Assembly (NCBI GenBank): GCA_964016885.1
Contig: OZ024742.1
Coordinates: forward strand, 241,304,001-241,368,000
Reading direction: 5' to 3'
Source of the DNA: Eledone cirrhosa
Lineage: Eukaryota
DNA: 64,000 nt
Numbering within the stretch: position 1 is the first letter of the stretch; the number at the start of each line of letters is the position of its first letter. The notes below the pieces were generated by a model. It did not search any database. It was not told the DNA's origin and worked only from the letters and a program-made list of their open reading frames with translations. Below, piece by piece: positions 24,852 through 39,666 of the stretch. A program made the translations under genes and the position numbers.

Positions 24852-24899
24852 ATATAGAGAGATAGATAGATAGATATACATATATCTAAAAAAAGTCTA

Positions 24900-25155
24900 A
24901 AGTCTGTCTTAAGCCAGAAGGCTCATTTGGTTGGTGCTTATCCCAGTTTCATGGCGTGAAGCGACAGAGAGTACAAGACTCCCTCCTGGACAGGACGCCA
25001 GTCCATCGCAGGGTTAAACCTCCAGCTATTGCTGAGTATAGTGGAGCAACGTGAAATGAAGTGTTTTGCTCAAGTACACAAGACGCAACCCAGAAATCGA
25101 ACCCACGACAGTATGTTCATAAGTCCAGCACTCTTACCACTAGGCCACGTGCCAC

Positions 25156-25160
<5 letters not shown>
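24900..25160 (-). mobile_element. tRNA-derived CORE-type SINE
   Basis: Minus strand: GTGGCCTAGTGGTAAG A box, GGTTCGATTTC B box, TGTGTACTTGAGCAAAACACTT CORE-like segment. Confidence 0.78.
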
Positions 25161-25241
<81 letters not shown>

Positions 25242-25432
25242 ATGCTTTCATCCTTCTATGCTGTTTACTTGTCTCACTCGCTTTACGCGATTTACTTGTC
25301 CCAATAGCTTTAACCGGAGATATATGATTTTTAATGCGATGAAATACGAATGTAGGCTGGAAAATCACTGACGAAGGCCTATTTTTATCATATGTAACCC
25401 ATGTGCAACCACGCAGTATTCTTTCTTCTCAT

Positions 25433-25463
<31 letters not shown>

Positions 25464-25653
25464 ACAAAGGAATTGTGATAAAGAACTAGATAGACCATAA
25501 CGCACCAGAGTACTCAATACTTAGTGTAGTAGAGTGGGAAATAGGAAAAAGTATAACCCCGACGGCAGAGCTGAAGCCGTTTCGACGGCTATTTCTGGAC
25601 AGTCCAGAAATATCCGTCGAAACGGCTTGAGCTCTGCCGTCGTGGTAATACTT

Positions 25654-25693
<40 letters not shown>

Positions 25694-25722
25694 ACAGGAG
25701 GCTGGACTGGTGTAAATCCTTT

Positions 25723-25780
25723 ATACTAGGATCATTTCAATGACCGGGTTCAGTATGAATCAGGTGATATCATCAGGTAT
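25723..25780 (-). ncRNA. Type I hammerhead motif (mirror copy, one stem III mismatch)
   Basis: ATAC-CTGATGA-stem II-GAAA-TGATCCT-A-GTAT. Confidence 0.65.
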
Positions 25781-25900
25781 TCGAAATATAACAAAGGTGC
25801 GACCGACTGAGGTAGAAGCTGCTAAATAGTCGGTCGTCCTCTTGTCTCTGATTTTCAGCCCCATGGATTTTATCTGTTATATTCCTTTGTTATATTTTGA

Positions 25901-25958
25901 ATGCCTGATGATGTTACCGGATTCATACTGAACCCGGTCAGTGAAATGATCATAGTAT
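25901..25958 (+). ncRNA. Type I hammerhead ribozyme motif
   Basis: ATGC-CTGATGA-stem II (ACCGG..TTCA/TGAA..CCGGT)-GAAA-TGATCAT-A-GTAT; palindromic stem III. Confidence 0.75.
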
Positions 25959-26224
25959 AATAAACCTTCCAAGGATTTACACCAGTCCAGCCTCCTGTTA
26001 TTTTATAATAATTAACTCCGTACTCGTACCACCAACAACACAAACGTAGACGGGTGTACTCGTTGAGTACTCGTTGAGTACTCTCCATAATATTACATCG
26101 AGATTGGCCATACGGAATGACCAGTTCTATCCAGTGGTGAACCAACTAATCTAAATATATATATATACAGGAAAATGTTAGACCCCGACGGCAGAGCTCA
26201 AGTCGTTTCGACGGCTATATCTGG

Positions 26225-26257
<33 letters not shown>

Positions 26258-26258
<1 letters not shown>

Positions 26259-26443
26259 ATTGCTTCTATTTTTTGGGACAAGGCCAGCAATTACCCAGTG
26301 CATTACTGGTACTTTATTTTATCGACTTCGTAAGGATGAAAGGCAAAGTTAAACTCGACGGGATTTGAACTCAGAATGGCAAGGGACGTAACTCTATGCG
26401 TCAAAGCATAGCGTCCGACCCTCTACCGATACTGCCAATCCAC
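26258..26443 (-). mobile_element. tRNA-derived SINE, family 1
   Basis: Reverse complement of the family 1 sequence. Confidence 0.87.
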
Positions 26444-26542
26444 CAATACACTCTGGTTAGCTCTACACCTCGACACTGAAGTGAACCTAAACATCGTGTA
26501 CCCACCCGGGTGAACCTACAGTAACTCCAAGTTACAATCCCT

Positions 26543-26585
<43 letters not shown>

Positions 26586-26907
26586 ATACATTAACAGAAA
26601 AAGCTTTAAGCAATACTCCGACCGGCTTCCATCTCACTCAACAAACATTAGGATATACCTTAGTATAATCCCAATTATACGTTTGGGGTGCTAACTATAC
26701 GTATTTTGCGGATGACCAGTTGTATTATTTTATATGAGACATAATTAAAATACATCCCTCTTTCCAAACGATCGTTTCATTATAAGTTTTCTACAAATTG
26801 GGAAAATAATTATGTAGAAGCCTACACATAGTCCGCATGAATATATGTAGGTGGGCACTTATAAATCATCAGTGGATGCCCGACAAATATCGATATAAAA
26901 AAACTTT

Positions 26908-26980
<73 letters not shown>

Positions 26981-26981
<1 letters not shown>

Positions 26982-27240
26982 TAATTAGAAATTGAACAAC
27001 ACAAAATATAACTACTCCATTACCAAAGGTTTCTCGATCACAGGCGGGAATAATATACGGCTGGATCGTATATAAGAAAAGAAGGGTAAGAAAAATAATA
27101 TATAAAAAATAAAAATATATAGCAATATAGAAAAAGACATAAACCTTTGGTAACGGAGTAGTTATATTTGATGTTGTTTAATTTCTAATTAAATAGCACT
27201 CTTTCTTTTCCTTTGCTTTTCCTTCGGAATTACCTAACAT
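26981..27240. repeat. (TA)n-flanked fold-back related to 28327-28612
   Basis: About 50-bp inverted arms containing AAACCTTTGGTAA; similar one-sided extension. Confidence 0.7.
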
Positions 27241-27260
27241 ATATACATATATATATATAT

Positions 27261-27592
27261 ACAGCTCTGAACATTAATCAGTATACACTGAGGATGAAAA
27301 ACTCAGAGCTGTATGGGAGCCAAAAGTCAGCTCAAAAGTGACACAGAGGAGACTGAGGTTAGCTGGACATGCTCACCGACACCCAGAGTTGACATTGCAC
27401 TCAGTGCTCCTGTGGGAGCCCCTACATGGACACACTGGAAGTGGAAGACCAAGGTTAACGTATGTTGATGCCCTAAGGACACACACTGGTCTGTTGGAGA
27501 CGCAGGACATGGCAGCAATAGAGGGACAGAGACCGCTGGAGAGAACTCGTCCATGGATCTCGGGAATTTTACCCGCCCTAGATAGATAGATA
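27261..27592 (+). mobile_element. RTE-type LINE 3' fragment with short (TAGA)n tail
   Basis: RRLRLAGHAHRHPELTLHSVLLWEP..GRPRLTYVDAL, typical of an RTE-like ORF C-terminus. Confidence 0.75.
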
Positions 27593-27660
27593 TATACAGT
27601 GAGTGTTTTCTGTAATTATTTCTGGCAATATTATAACAATATGACCCTCCCCAAGTATAA

Positions 27661-27717
<57 letters not shown>

Positions 27718-28116
27718 TATACAATTTACCCCCCGGCATTCGCAGTCCCGGTAATTCGCAGAAATTTCCTTAGAACCTTACTAATAATTGTTCGTAGAAA
27801 CTATCGCATATTCGCGGAATCGTAAATATCTTCAGCGATTTTCTTATAGAGTTTTTCGTGGCAATATATATATATTTAAACCCTAAATTATTGATAACAA
27901 TATACCGTATTTGCCGGCCTATTGGACGTCTCTTCGCATTAGACGCTCCCTCTTTTTTTATTATATTTCGCGTTATATTTTGACCACGTCCATTATTTGC
28001 GGGTTTTCACTCTTAGTGTTTGCTCTAGGAACGTAAATCCCGCGAATACCGGGGAACAACTGTCTCTCTCTCTATATATATTATACGCAGACTGCCCACA
28101 CGGAAATACGCGCGCG

Positions 28117-28155
<39 letters not shown>

Positions 28156-28289
28156 GTGTATATTGAACTTTTTCCGTGCAGTGGGTTTATATGCCCCATT
28201 ATTAGACTATACTTTAGTCAAAAATATTACGGGGTAGCCTCTATTTCTATTTCAATTCTAAACTTCGGTTGCGCGTTCCAAACATACTT

Positions 28290-28326
<37 letters not shown>

Positions 28327-28332
<6 letters not shown>

Positions 28333-28612
28333 TGTAATAAACAACACAAAACAATTCTTCCATTTACCAAAGGTTTCATGAAGACAGGCGAGCTCAACAG
28401 AGACGTCTGAAATCGATCATCAGAATAAAAAATTTAATATTAAATTTTTCATTCGGATGATCGATTTCAGACGTCTTTATTGAGTTCGCCTGTCTTCGTG
28501 AAACCTTTGGTAAATGGAATAATTGTTTTGTGTTGTTTATTATATAATTAAATAGCTCTGTAGCATACATAGAGCACTCTTCCTTCCTTTACTCTTTCTA
28601 CGGAAATACTTC
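28327..28612. repeat. Fold-back palindrome (about 110-bp arms) plus extension, containing a hammerhead motif
   Basis: Centre near 28438; minus strand ATT-CTGATGA (28417-28423)-about 40 nt-GAAAC-CTTTG-GTA-AAT; the plus arm has CGGATGA. Confidence 0.8.
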
Positions 28613-28639
28613 ATATATATATATATATATATATATTGC

Positions 28640-29081
<442 letters not shown>

Positions 29082-29585
29082 GTATGTGTGTGTGTTTGCA
29101 TATGTTTGTGCAAGTGCTTGTGTGTGTGTGTGAGTATGTGTGTGTTTGTGCATGTGTTTGTGTGTGTGTGTGTGTGCCGACACGCGGAAGAGAAGAGAAC
29201 TGTCACCTGAACACACGCACATTTCCTATATATGGTATCATATCTGAGATTTGTTCTTTCAATATTTTTGCCTTCAGACGTATGACGTAGCTTCGAGTAA
29301 CGTATGTATGTTAAAATTGTACGTTGAATATTGCTTTGTTTGAACGAGTTCAAATGTACTCAGTTCAGTACACTACAATCAACATTCTCTCACACACACA
29401 AACACACTCATGTCTTCCTTTTTCCTATGTACAATATACTCTGTGTATGGGCTCATCTTTAACCGGTTTCAGAGGCTATCTCTTTACCGGTTTCAGTCGT
29501 TAGTCTGCAGTCATGCTGGGGCAACGCCTTGATTCAATCGATCACGTTAACAGTACTAAATATTATTTCGTGTCTATTACATATT

Positions 29586-29781
29586 CAGACCTGTCAACTC
29601 TCCCCGTCCGCCGGGGAGACATCCCAACCACTTTGAGGTGGGTGAGAGATGTTTTTCTCTTGTGAAAGTGGGTCTTGCTTTTATTACGTGAAATCTCCCC
29701 ATTTTGCCTTATTTACCCCCGTTTTGGGACACTTTTTATCATGGTACTCCCCGTTTGGGATTTTAGACGTTGACAGGTCTG
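29586..29781. mobile_element. MITE with perfect 13-bp TIR and apparent 6-bp TSD
   Basis: CAGACCTGTCAAC/GTTGACAGGTCTG; CATATT abuts both ends. Confidence 0.8.
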
Positions 29782-29858
29782 CATATTTTATGTAGCTCTT
29801 CTTGTCGAACCCTAGGTTATGGAACATAAACACAGATGCAAACGTCAACGCAAATATA

Positions 29859-29992
<134 letters not shown>

Positions 29993-30397
29993 GAAGAGGA
30001 GAGAATGTAGGAGGAAGAGGGGGAGAAGAAAAAAGAGAAGTATATGAGGATGATGAAGAAGAAGAGTGTGTGTGTGTATGTATATGTATAAATGTCAGTC
30101 CAGATTTCTCACGAAGAGACCTGGTACTCGTAATCATATAAGGTACTAGACCCCGTACATGATAAATTCCTCGGCGTTCAAGCCAGGTTGAAATACAAAA
30201 GCTGGCAAGAGGCGGATGAACTCAGAAGTGGCACTTCCCGTACAATAATATGTATATGTACATATATACATTAATGTATACATTGCTATTTCAGAGCACC
30301 AATCCTAATACTTAATTTTTGCTGGACTGGCAATCGCTCTGTATAATCAGCTCCTGATTATTACTGGAATTCTATAAGAATCCAGCTTCTATAATTG

Positions 30398-30481
30398 TCG
30401 GCGGAAGAGGGCAGTACGTAGCTCTGATGATTGCCAAACAGCATGAAACGGACTGTTAGCTTCTCTGCCTTCTTTCGCCGA
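30398..30481 (+). ncRNA. Type I hammerhead ribozyme with extended stem I
   Basis: AGCT-CTGATGA (30424-30430)-TGC/GCA stem II-GAAAC (30445-30449)-GGACT-GTT-AGCT; distal 17-bp helix TCGGCGGAAGAGGGCAG/CTGCCTTCTTTCGCCGA. Confidence 0.78.
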
Positions 30482-30794
30482 AAAGAAGTAAGTGACATAG
30501 TCACTACTTTAAAATGATAGCGTAAGGTCTTCTAAATGTTTTTAATTAAACATACGGTATATTGCCATATATACTATGCATACATTCATATATAAATGTA
30601 TTTAAATGTAGAGGTAAAGTGCACAGGGACATATTAATACTGACGACAATGAACGAGCGCGCTGTAAAACCACTCTGAGAGTGACTGAAACCTAGTTCTT
30701 GTCAAAATATACGTGTAGGTCGGGGGAAAACGATGAATACAAACTCCTGCCGTTTTGAGAACTCCTGTGGTAGGGAAGAACAATGAGATGTACG

Positions 30795-30833
<39 letters not shown>

Positions 30834-31404
30834 TTCTCAGGTTTATATTAGTAATGAATTAGGAAAAATACCCCGCTCGTCTCCTAACGGTTTTAGCGTG
30901 GTCAGAAGATTCGTTTCGAATGTCGTTACCGATTTTACTTATTACACACATTTCTTAAGACACTTTACAATCCGGACAAGGTTCGATTTCTACATGGATT
31001 GATTGCTCGGTTTTGATAGAATACGGCTTCGGTTGGAGGAACCTTTTTTTTTTTTACCAAAACATTGTAGTAACGTGCTTAACAAATTCACTTAAATATA
31101 AACCTAAACAGTAACCACATGAGACAAGCGATAAATACATATCAATAAAGAAAGAATTACAATATCTTATCCAAAGTCACGTAAATGTGTAAATAAACAC
31201 TTTGACACAGGTAAACATACAACTATTTTTTCAATGTATATATTCGTGGACAGAAAAAGAATAAAGAATTTAAATCGCGATTCGATTTTACCCAGAGAAC
31301 ATCAGATTCCATCTTTAGTTCGTGATTAATCTATCAGAGGATTTATGATTTGATAAATTAGTACATCAGAAACTAGAGACAAAATATTTGTTTATATTTT
31401 TGGC

Positions 31405-31566
31405 CGGCAATTACCCCAGTGTATTACTGGTACTTTATTTTATCGACGCCGTAAGGATGAAAGGCAAAGTTAACCTCGGCAGGATTTGAACTGAGAACGA
31501 AAAGGGCCGTAACTCTATGCTACAAAGCATGTTGTCTGACACTCTACCGATACTGGTAATCCACCG
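31405..31566 (-). mobile_element. tRNA-derived SINE, family 1
   Basis: Reverse complement of the family 1 sequence; tail lost. Confidence 0.82.
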
Positions 31567-31683
31567 TCCTTAGCGAGGAAAATAATAATGCTAATCACAG
31601 AAGATTTTTCTGACATTTGAGAGGCTAAGTATGGTAGAGTACGCTTTAGAATGTTAAAACACACACACACACACACACACACG

Positions 31684-31802
<119 letters not shown>

Positions 31803-32289
31803 ATACACACACACACATCCACAAAAGGAAAAGAAGGAATATATGATTATGTCTTTCTTTTCAAGGAGTTTACTAGTGAAGGTGAAATAATATTAACTTC
31901 AGCTGTCATTCAAAACATCTTGTCATCTTCATCCACTGAAACGATATTTCTTACTCTACATCTGCAAAATATACCTATAATCACCACTTAGATCTTTCTT
32001 TAACATATAGTGCATTAAACACCTCTAGAGAAAAAATACAAAAAAAAAACTTTAATTAACGGAAAAATAAAACTGTATTTTATAACACAGTTGCTACTAT
32101 GATTTTATAACACAGTTGCTACGATGATTTCGGCAACAGTTAATTAAATAGCCCCTTTAGATTATTATCGAGAACGTTATCTGGTCGGGAAATAGTGTAC
32201 TTCTTTAGATGACCTAAAAACTGGGCCCTCCACTTTATCTATGAGTTGCTTTAATTGCATTCAACAGCTTTTGAGTTATTGGTAAAATA

Positions 32290-32728
32290 TCTCTAGGGCG
32301 GGCAAACATTCCCGAAATCCATGGACCAGTTCTTTCCAGTGGTTTCTGTCCCTCATCAACACCGCCATGTCTTGCGTCTCCCAGAGACCAGTTTCTATCC
32401 TTAGAGCATCAATATATGTCAACCTTGGTCTCTCGCTTCCAGTGTGTCCGTGTCGTGGCTCCCACAGGACCACTGAGTGCAGTGTTAACTCTGAATGTTG
32501 GTGAGCATGTCCAACTAACCTCAGTCTCCTCTGTGTTACTTTCGAGCTGACATTTGGGAGGCTCCCGTACAGCTCTGAGTTCTTCATCCTCAGTGCATAC
32601 TAATTAATGTTCAGAGCCATCCTCAGCATTCTCGCGTAGCACTCATTCACCATCTGAGTGAGTCTTTTGGTCAGTGTTCAAGTCTCAGACCCGTACAGCA
32701 ACACAGGCTTCACTGTAGCAACAAAAAT
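32290..32728 (-). mobile_element. RTE-type LINE 3' fragment (same family as 27261)
   Basis: VLLYGSET-like segment, then YARMLRMALN and VTQRRLRLVGHAHQH. Confidence 0.8.
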
Positions 32729-33208
32729 ATTATTCCTCTAAAACGAAGCAAACTCTTTATTTAACACACGGTTGAAATTAATATTGATTGACATGGAGTG
32801 TAAATGAAATGCCAGCTAAGCAGTTAACTGTATATAGATGGGACTGATCAAAGACTGATTAGAGACTGATTAGAGATTGATTAGAGATTGATCAAAGACT
32901 GGTGGATGTGTTTAGAGGACGTCGTTTTGTCTTCGGATACAACAGCACCGGCTCCTCAGTGGTTCTCAACTAAACTCAACTAAACATATTTTCTGCATCT
33001 CTCCATCATGACATTGTCTTATACCATTGTCCCCTAGTATCTTTACTATAGAGCAATCAAAAGGAAATCATCCACAAAATCGACTTATTTATTTCTAACT
33101 GTCTATGTCCATCCTCACACTACACGATCTACATTCACATTTATAAAGTACCACCCATCACATCAACAAAACATACATGCACACACTAAAAAATTCACAC
33201 TTATACAC

Positions 33209-33291
<83 letters not shown>

Positions 33292-35070
33292 TACTACACT
33301 TACTGCAATCTTACTGTAGCTACAACGAAACCCCCACTTCCACATATCTATACACAAAGTACCACCACCCACATATACATACGGCGCGATTTGTGGAATC
33401 GTTAGTGTGTAGATAAAATGCCTTTAAAATTTTGTTCTGGCTCTTAATACTCTGATTTCAAATTTCTGTGAATGTCAACTTTGCTCTTCCCTATTTCGGG
33501 GTCGATAAAATAAAGTGCCAGTCCAGAACGTTGGATTGTCGGTATTATTACTATCAGGCGAGAAGTTTTGTGGTATTTGTTTAACTTCTTTGTACTCTGG
33601 ATTCAAATCCCGCTGTAGTCTTCTTGAATGGAAGATTAATACGTTGCCCGATTCAACATTACGAAATTAGTTTTAGATGTATGTGTCCAACCGCGGTAAG
33701 TATTCGGCTCAGATCTCCGGTTTGAGTGTACGTCTCTTCCTCTCTTCCACCATAAAGTTATCCCACATTAACTAAAGAGTTGAACATGTAATCAGAACAT
33801 CATCATTCACTCACAGACAGGTGCTCCACATACACATACACATTTACACTTACATAGACACACAACTTTCGGGCATTTATACGTAGCAGGCACTCACTCC
33901 CATTCTTCACTCACATATATACACAGGCATAAAATAATTCCCGTTTGCTCATATCTCCGTTATCTCCTACCTATCAATATCGCCAGCCCCTCTTTCATAA
34001 CCTCCCTTTTTCTACTGCGTGAACCATTTAAGAGAGCTCACAATTCACTCCTTCCAAAATATTTTTTCTCTTTTTTTCTCTCTCATCTTTCCCGTGGAAA
34101 AACCACTGTTCAAAACGTCGAACGTATTCTCCATTTCTACTTTACAGCGGGAAAAATAAAACCTATATACCCTGTACGTTTTATTTATTTTGGTTTTTCT
34201 TTTGTTTTGTTCTAGAGAACTTCTCACTATCAGTATTATCTGTTGCCAATTATGTTAATCAGTTGATTGCATACATCTTGAATATCATAACAGGGACAGG
34301 TTTATAAATGGGATTCACCTGATATTAAAAATGAACTAAAGGAGCCTCTCCGTGATCAGCCAATCACCTAGTAACAGCAGTCAAGCCTCACTCAAATCAT
34401 ACCTCCCATCTTAAAATAAAGAATTATATTGGATAATAAATAGATGGAGTGGTCATAATTGAGTTACCTTTAATCATACATAGATCTATTCGGTCAGGGC
34501 TGAAAGGGGCTAAACATCAACAATATCAAAAACTAAACAATACTACATCATATTTCTCTTCATCAATTCATCTTAAACGTGGTGCGTTACATCCTTCAAT
34601 AAAGAAAACTGTTAATACCGGTGTTAAACATACCGTGCAAGCTCCTGATGAGTCGAATCAGCAAGGCAGTTTAGATTTCTGTTTGAAGTCGTTCCACTTC
34701 TCTTATGCTACTAATGTAGAAAATTATGAACGTCAAAATTTCTCCTTCCTTTCTCCTTTAAAGAACGAGGCTTTGTATCTAGAAAGAAAATCAATATTTA
34801 CATTAATATTTACATATACGCAATTGTAAACTCATTTGGTTTTACATTTTATCCAAAGAAATAAAGGCAAATATCTAAAGCCTTTCTGAGCGTTCCAAGG
34901 CTGGTGTGGTCGCTAGAATTGATGTTAATTTTGAATTTCTTTCATATTCTTACTGATGTTGAGCCCAAGGTTTTCCCTGATCCATTAGACCTATGATAGA
35001 AAGCATTCCATTTGTGCATATATCCTATTACACTCTCCAATGTGCTCTTTTTTTAAGATGGAAGGATATA

Positions 35071-36539
<1,469 letters not shown>

Positions 36540-36862
36540 TACTTTGTGAGAAACTGACTCCTGCTTGTAGTAGCTCGAACGAATGTGTGGCCGCTTGTGT
36601 ACTCCTATACAGAAAAGTTAGCCAGTGTAAGGGTCACTGTAAGGGTTTAACTAAAATAAAGCATTTTCCCTACTTGGTATGTTGGTATGTTGAGAACTGT
36701 ACTCCGCCTATCAGTTTTTAGGGGAAAACTTTCAACAATAATTTTAGAGTCAGTAAAATCATTATAAATATTAGATCCATTATTCAGTTAATATTTGTTG
36801 CTTTTAGTCATCAAAAGACAGAAACTATATATTTTTCTTAATTTTAAATAATTGAACCATCA

Positions 36863-36880
36863 CTCTCTCTCTCATATCTC

Positions 36881-36933
<53 letters not shown>

Positions 36934-36935
36934 TC

Positions 36936-36990
<55 letters not shown>

Positions 36991-37069
36991 ATGTATCTTC
37001 CTCCCTCACCCTCTTTCTCTCACGTATCTCCCTCCCTCATTCATCTCCCTCCCTCTCTCTCTCATGTAC

Positions 37070-37100
<31 letters not shown>

Positions 37101-37425
37101 ATGTCCCCCCCCTCTCCCCCATTTATCACTTTCCCTCTCTCTCATGTATCCCCCCCTCTCTCTCTCATGTTTCTCCCCCCTCTCTCTCCCATTTATCACT
37201 TTCCCTCTCTCTCTCACGTATCTCCCTTCTTCTCTCTCTCATGTATCTCTCTATCCTTCTCTCTCTCATGCATCTCCCTCCCCCTCTCTCTCTCATGCAT
37301 CTCCCTCCCTCTTTCTCTCATGTATTTCTCTCCCTCTCTCTCATGTATCTCCCTCCCTCTCATGTATCTTCCTCCCCCTCTCTCAAGTATCTCCCTCTCT
37401 CTCTTTTTCTCTCTCTTCTCTCGCT
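36863..37425. repeat. CT-rich minisatellite (CTCTCTCATGTATCTCCC core)
   Basis: Repeated core visible directly. Confidence 0.85.
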
Positions 37426-37497
37426 CTCTAATTTTTGCATTCATTAGAATAAATATGAGAAGAAGTATAAATAGACAGATATAGCTTGATAGATAGA

Positions 37498-37587
<90 letters not shown>

Positions 37588-38148
37588 AGTTAATATAAAT
37601 TAATATATATGATAAAACACAAATACCAACATATAAGTGTTTGTATTGTAAATGACTAAGTTAGCTAGATTGAAAAATACTAATTATAATAATACAGTTT
37701 GCCTGTCTCGATTTAAAATAATAAATCAATAAAACCAACAATATTGGCAAATGGCCGTGGTATTAGACAAATTTAAATTTCAAAATCAAACCTGTTCCGT
37801 AGATAAGTTTAAACTTCAAAATCCAAATAAGTTTTGAGATGAAAAAGTGAAAAAATACCCCGTTCAGCTCTCCTCAGTAAGTACCCTGAACAATTGGTAT
37901 GTTTCACTTCAAAATATTTAAAAAGACTGTTTAACGCACATGGTTTTCCAGTTTCTAGCTGCTGCATACTCGTTCTGCTGGAAATAACACACCGTTTATA
38001 TGGGGCTAAAGTTAGCTCTACATAAGGTATTTGTGTTTTATCATATATATTAATTTATATTAACTTGCATTACACGGCTCAGAAATACTTCTTTCTTTGA
38101 GCTATTTCATTGTAAAGGACTGCTTGAGTTTAGAACTCATTATTCTTA

Positions 38149-38195
<47 letters not shown>

Positions 38196-38321
38196 AAGTT
38201 TTATTTAAATTGTTGGGTTACAACGAGTAAATATTTATAACTGATATAAAAGCACTCAACAAGTATTTGGAGTATATTTACGATATTAAATAAATGGAAA
38301 CTATAATTATAAAACCATATT

Positions 38322-38387
38322 TATTTCATTATATATATTTCAGGGATATCATATTAAAAATATGGTATGCCTTCATCAGACAAAATA
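38322..38387 (-). ncRNA. Type I hammerhead motif (mirror copy)
   Basis: Reverse complement of 38547-38612. Confidence 0.7.
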
Positions 38388-38546
38388 CAATATAAACAGT
38401 CTTATAAATAGATAGATTTGACATACCTTACAACTTCAACTTCCATTTAAAAAGTTGATTTGGTAGTCTACCAAATCAACTTTTTAAATGGAAGTTGAAG
38501 TTGTAAGGTATGTCAAATCTATCTATTTATAAGACTGTTTATATTG

Positions 38547-38612
38547 TATTTTGTCTGATGAAGGCATACCATATTTTTAATATGATATCCCTGAAATATA
38601 TATAATGAAATA
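38547..38612 (+). ncRNA. Type I hammerhead ribozyme motif
   Basis: TATTTTGT-CTGATGA (38555-38561)-AGG..CATATT/AATATG..CCT-GAAA-TATATAT-A-ATGAAATA. Confidence 0.72.
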
Positions 38613-38789
38613 AATATGGTTTTATAAATATAGTTTCCATTTATTTAATATCGTATATATATATATATATTTCAAAATGGCGAGCTGTGTTGTTGCAATT
38701 AAGTATAATAAAAAAAAATACAAGTATTTCATGCCAATGATTCCTAGTAGACAACTGATGACGGATATTCCTCTCCCTCGCCCGTAACT

Positions 38790-38887
<98 letters not shown>

Positions 38888-39341
38888 GAGGGGGCAGCTC
38901 ATAAGATAAATATATGTAATAGCTGGTAAGCTCACACCACCCCTCACTTCCAGCTAATGCTTGCTTCGGAACTGAAATGTAAGCAAAGCGAACATTTTAC
39001 ACTTCAGTAAATAAAATAGTTCACCTATACTTGGTATAAATTGAAAAGACATTGTATTTTATAAAAATTGATTTTTTTTTTATTCTTCTTACAAAACAGA
39101 GAGAACAACTGGAGCTGATTATTATAATCTTAGTAATATTTCAATAATTATAAATTCAATTTATATAAAATACAATAAAGTATAGATGAACTATTATTTA
39201 CTGAATTTTCAAATATGAGCAAAGTGAACATTTCAATGCTGTTGTGGGTACTGGCTAAAAGTGAGCATATCAGTTAATAATTTACAGGTGGTTTTACGAA
39301 CAAGGTAGAGACTACTCAATATACTTATGCACAGTTTAGAC

Positions 39342-39631
39342 TAGGCATGGGCAACCTTTTTCGAGAAGCGAGCCGCATGGGATATGACTCATCATCAGGC
39401 GGGCCCAAGAGCTAATTTACATTCGTACCCACATTAAAAAAAGGGCGGTAACTCAGGTTGTTTTAATTTGTATTTTCAGAATTCGTACACATTGTTTTCC
39501 TCGATCGTAAAAATGATAGAAAGATAAATTACGACTGAAAAGTTTGGGTAAAAAAAATCAGAAAGATTTCACCTAGGTGACTTAGGCGAGCCATTCAGAA
39601 AGCTTCGCGGGCCGTCGGTTGACCACGACTG
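39342..39631. mobile_element. hAT (Charlie-like) MITE
   Basis: Imperfect TIRs TAGGCATGGGCAACC / GGTTGACCACGACTG; 8-bp TSD GTTTAGAC at 39334-39341 and 39632-39639. Confidence 0.82.
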
Positions 39632-39666
39632 GTTTAGACTCACAAAAGCAATCGTCTGACGGTTAA

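Larger units (their letters stand above)
25687..26008. repeat. Inverted repeat (about 110-bp arms, 85-bp spacer) with a hammerhead motif in each arm
   Basis: Arms at 25687-25797 and 25884-26008. Confidence 0.85.
38279..38655. repeat. 377-bp near-perfect palindrome (188-bp arms, 1-nt loop at 38467)
   Basis: Arms read as reverse complements with one mismatch noticed. Confidence 0.92.

Noticed and set aside
25365-25390. CTGACGA as a hammerhead core
   Set aside because: No downstream GAAA/NUH; at most a truncated relic.
27719-28235. Possible pogo/Tc2-like termini (TACAATTTACCCCCCG; TACCGTATTTGCCGG)
   Set aside because: No matching partner TIR could be identified with confidence.
34640-34690. 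CTGATGAG as a hammerhead core
   Set aside because: No properly placed GAAA or closing stems.
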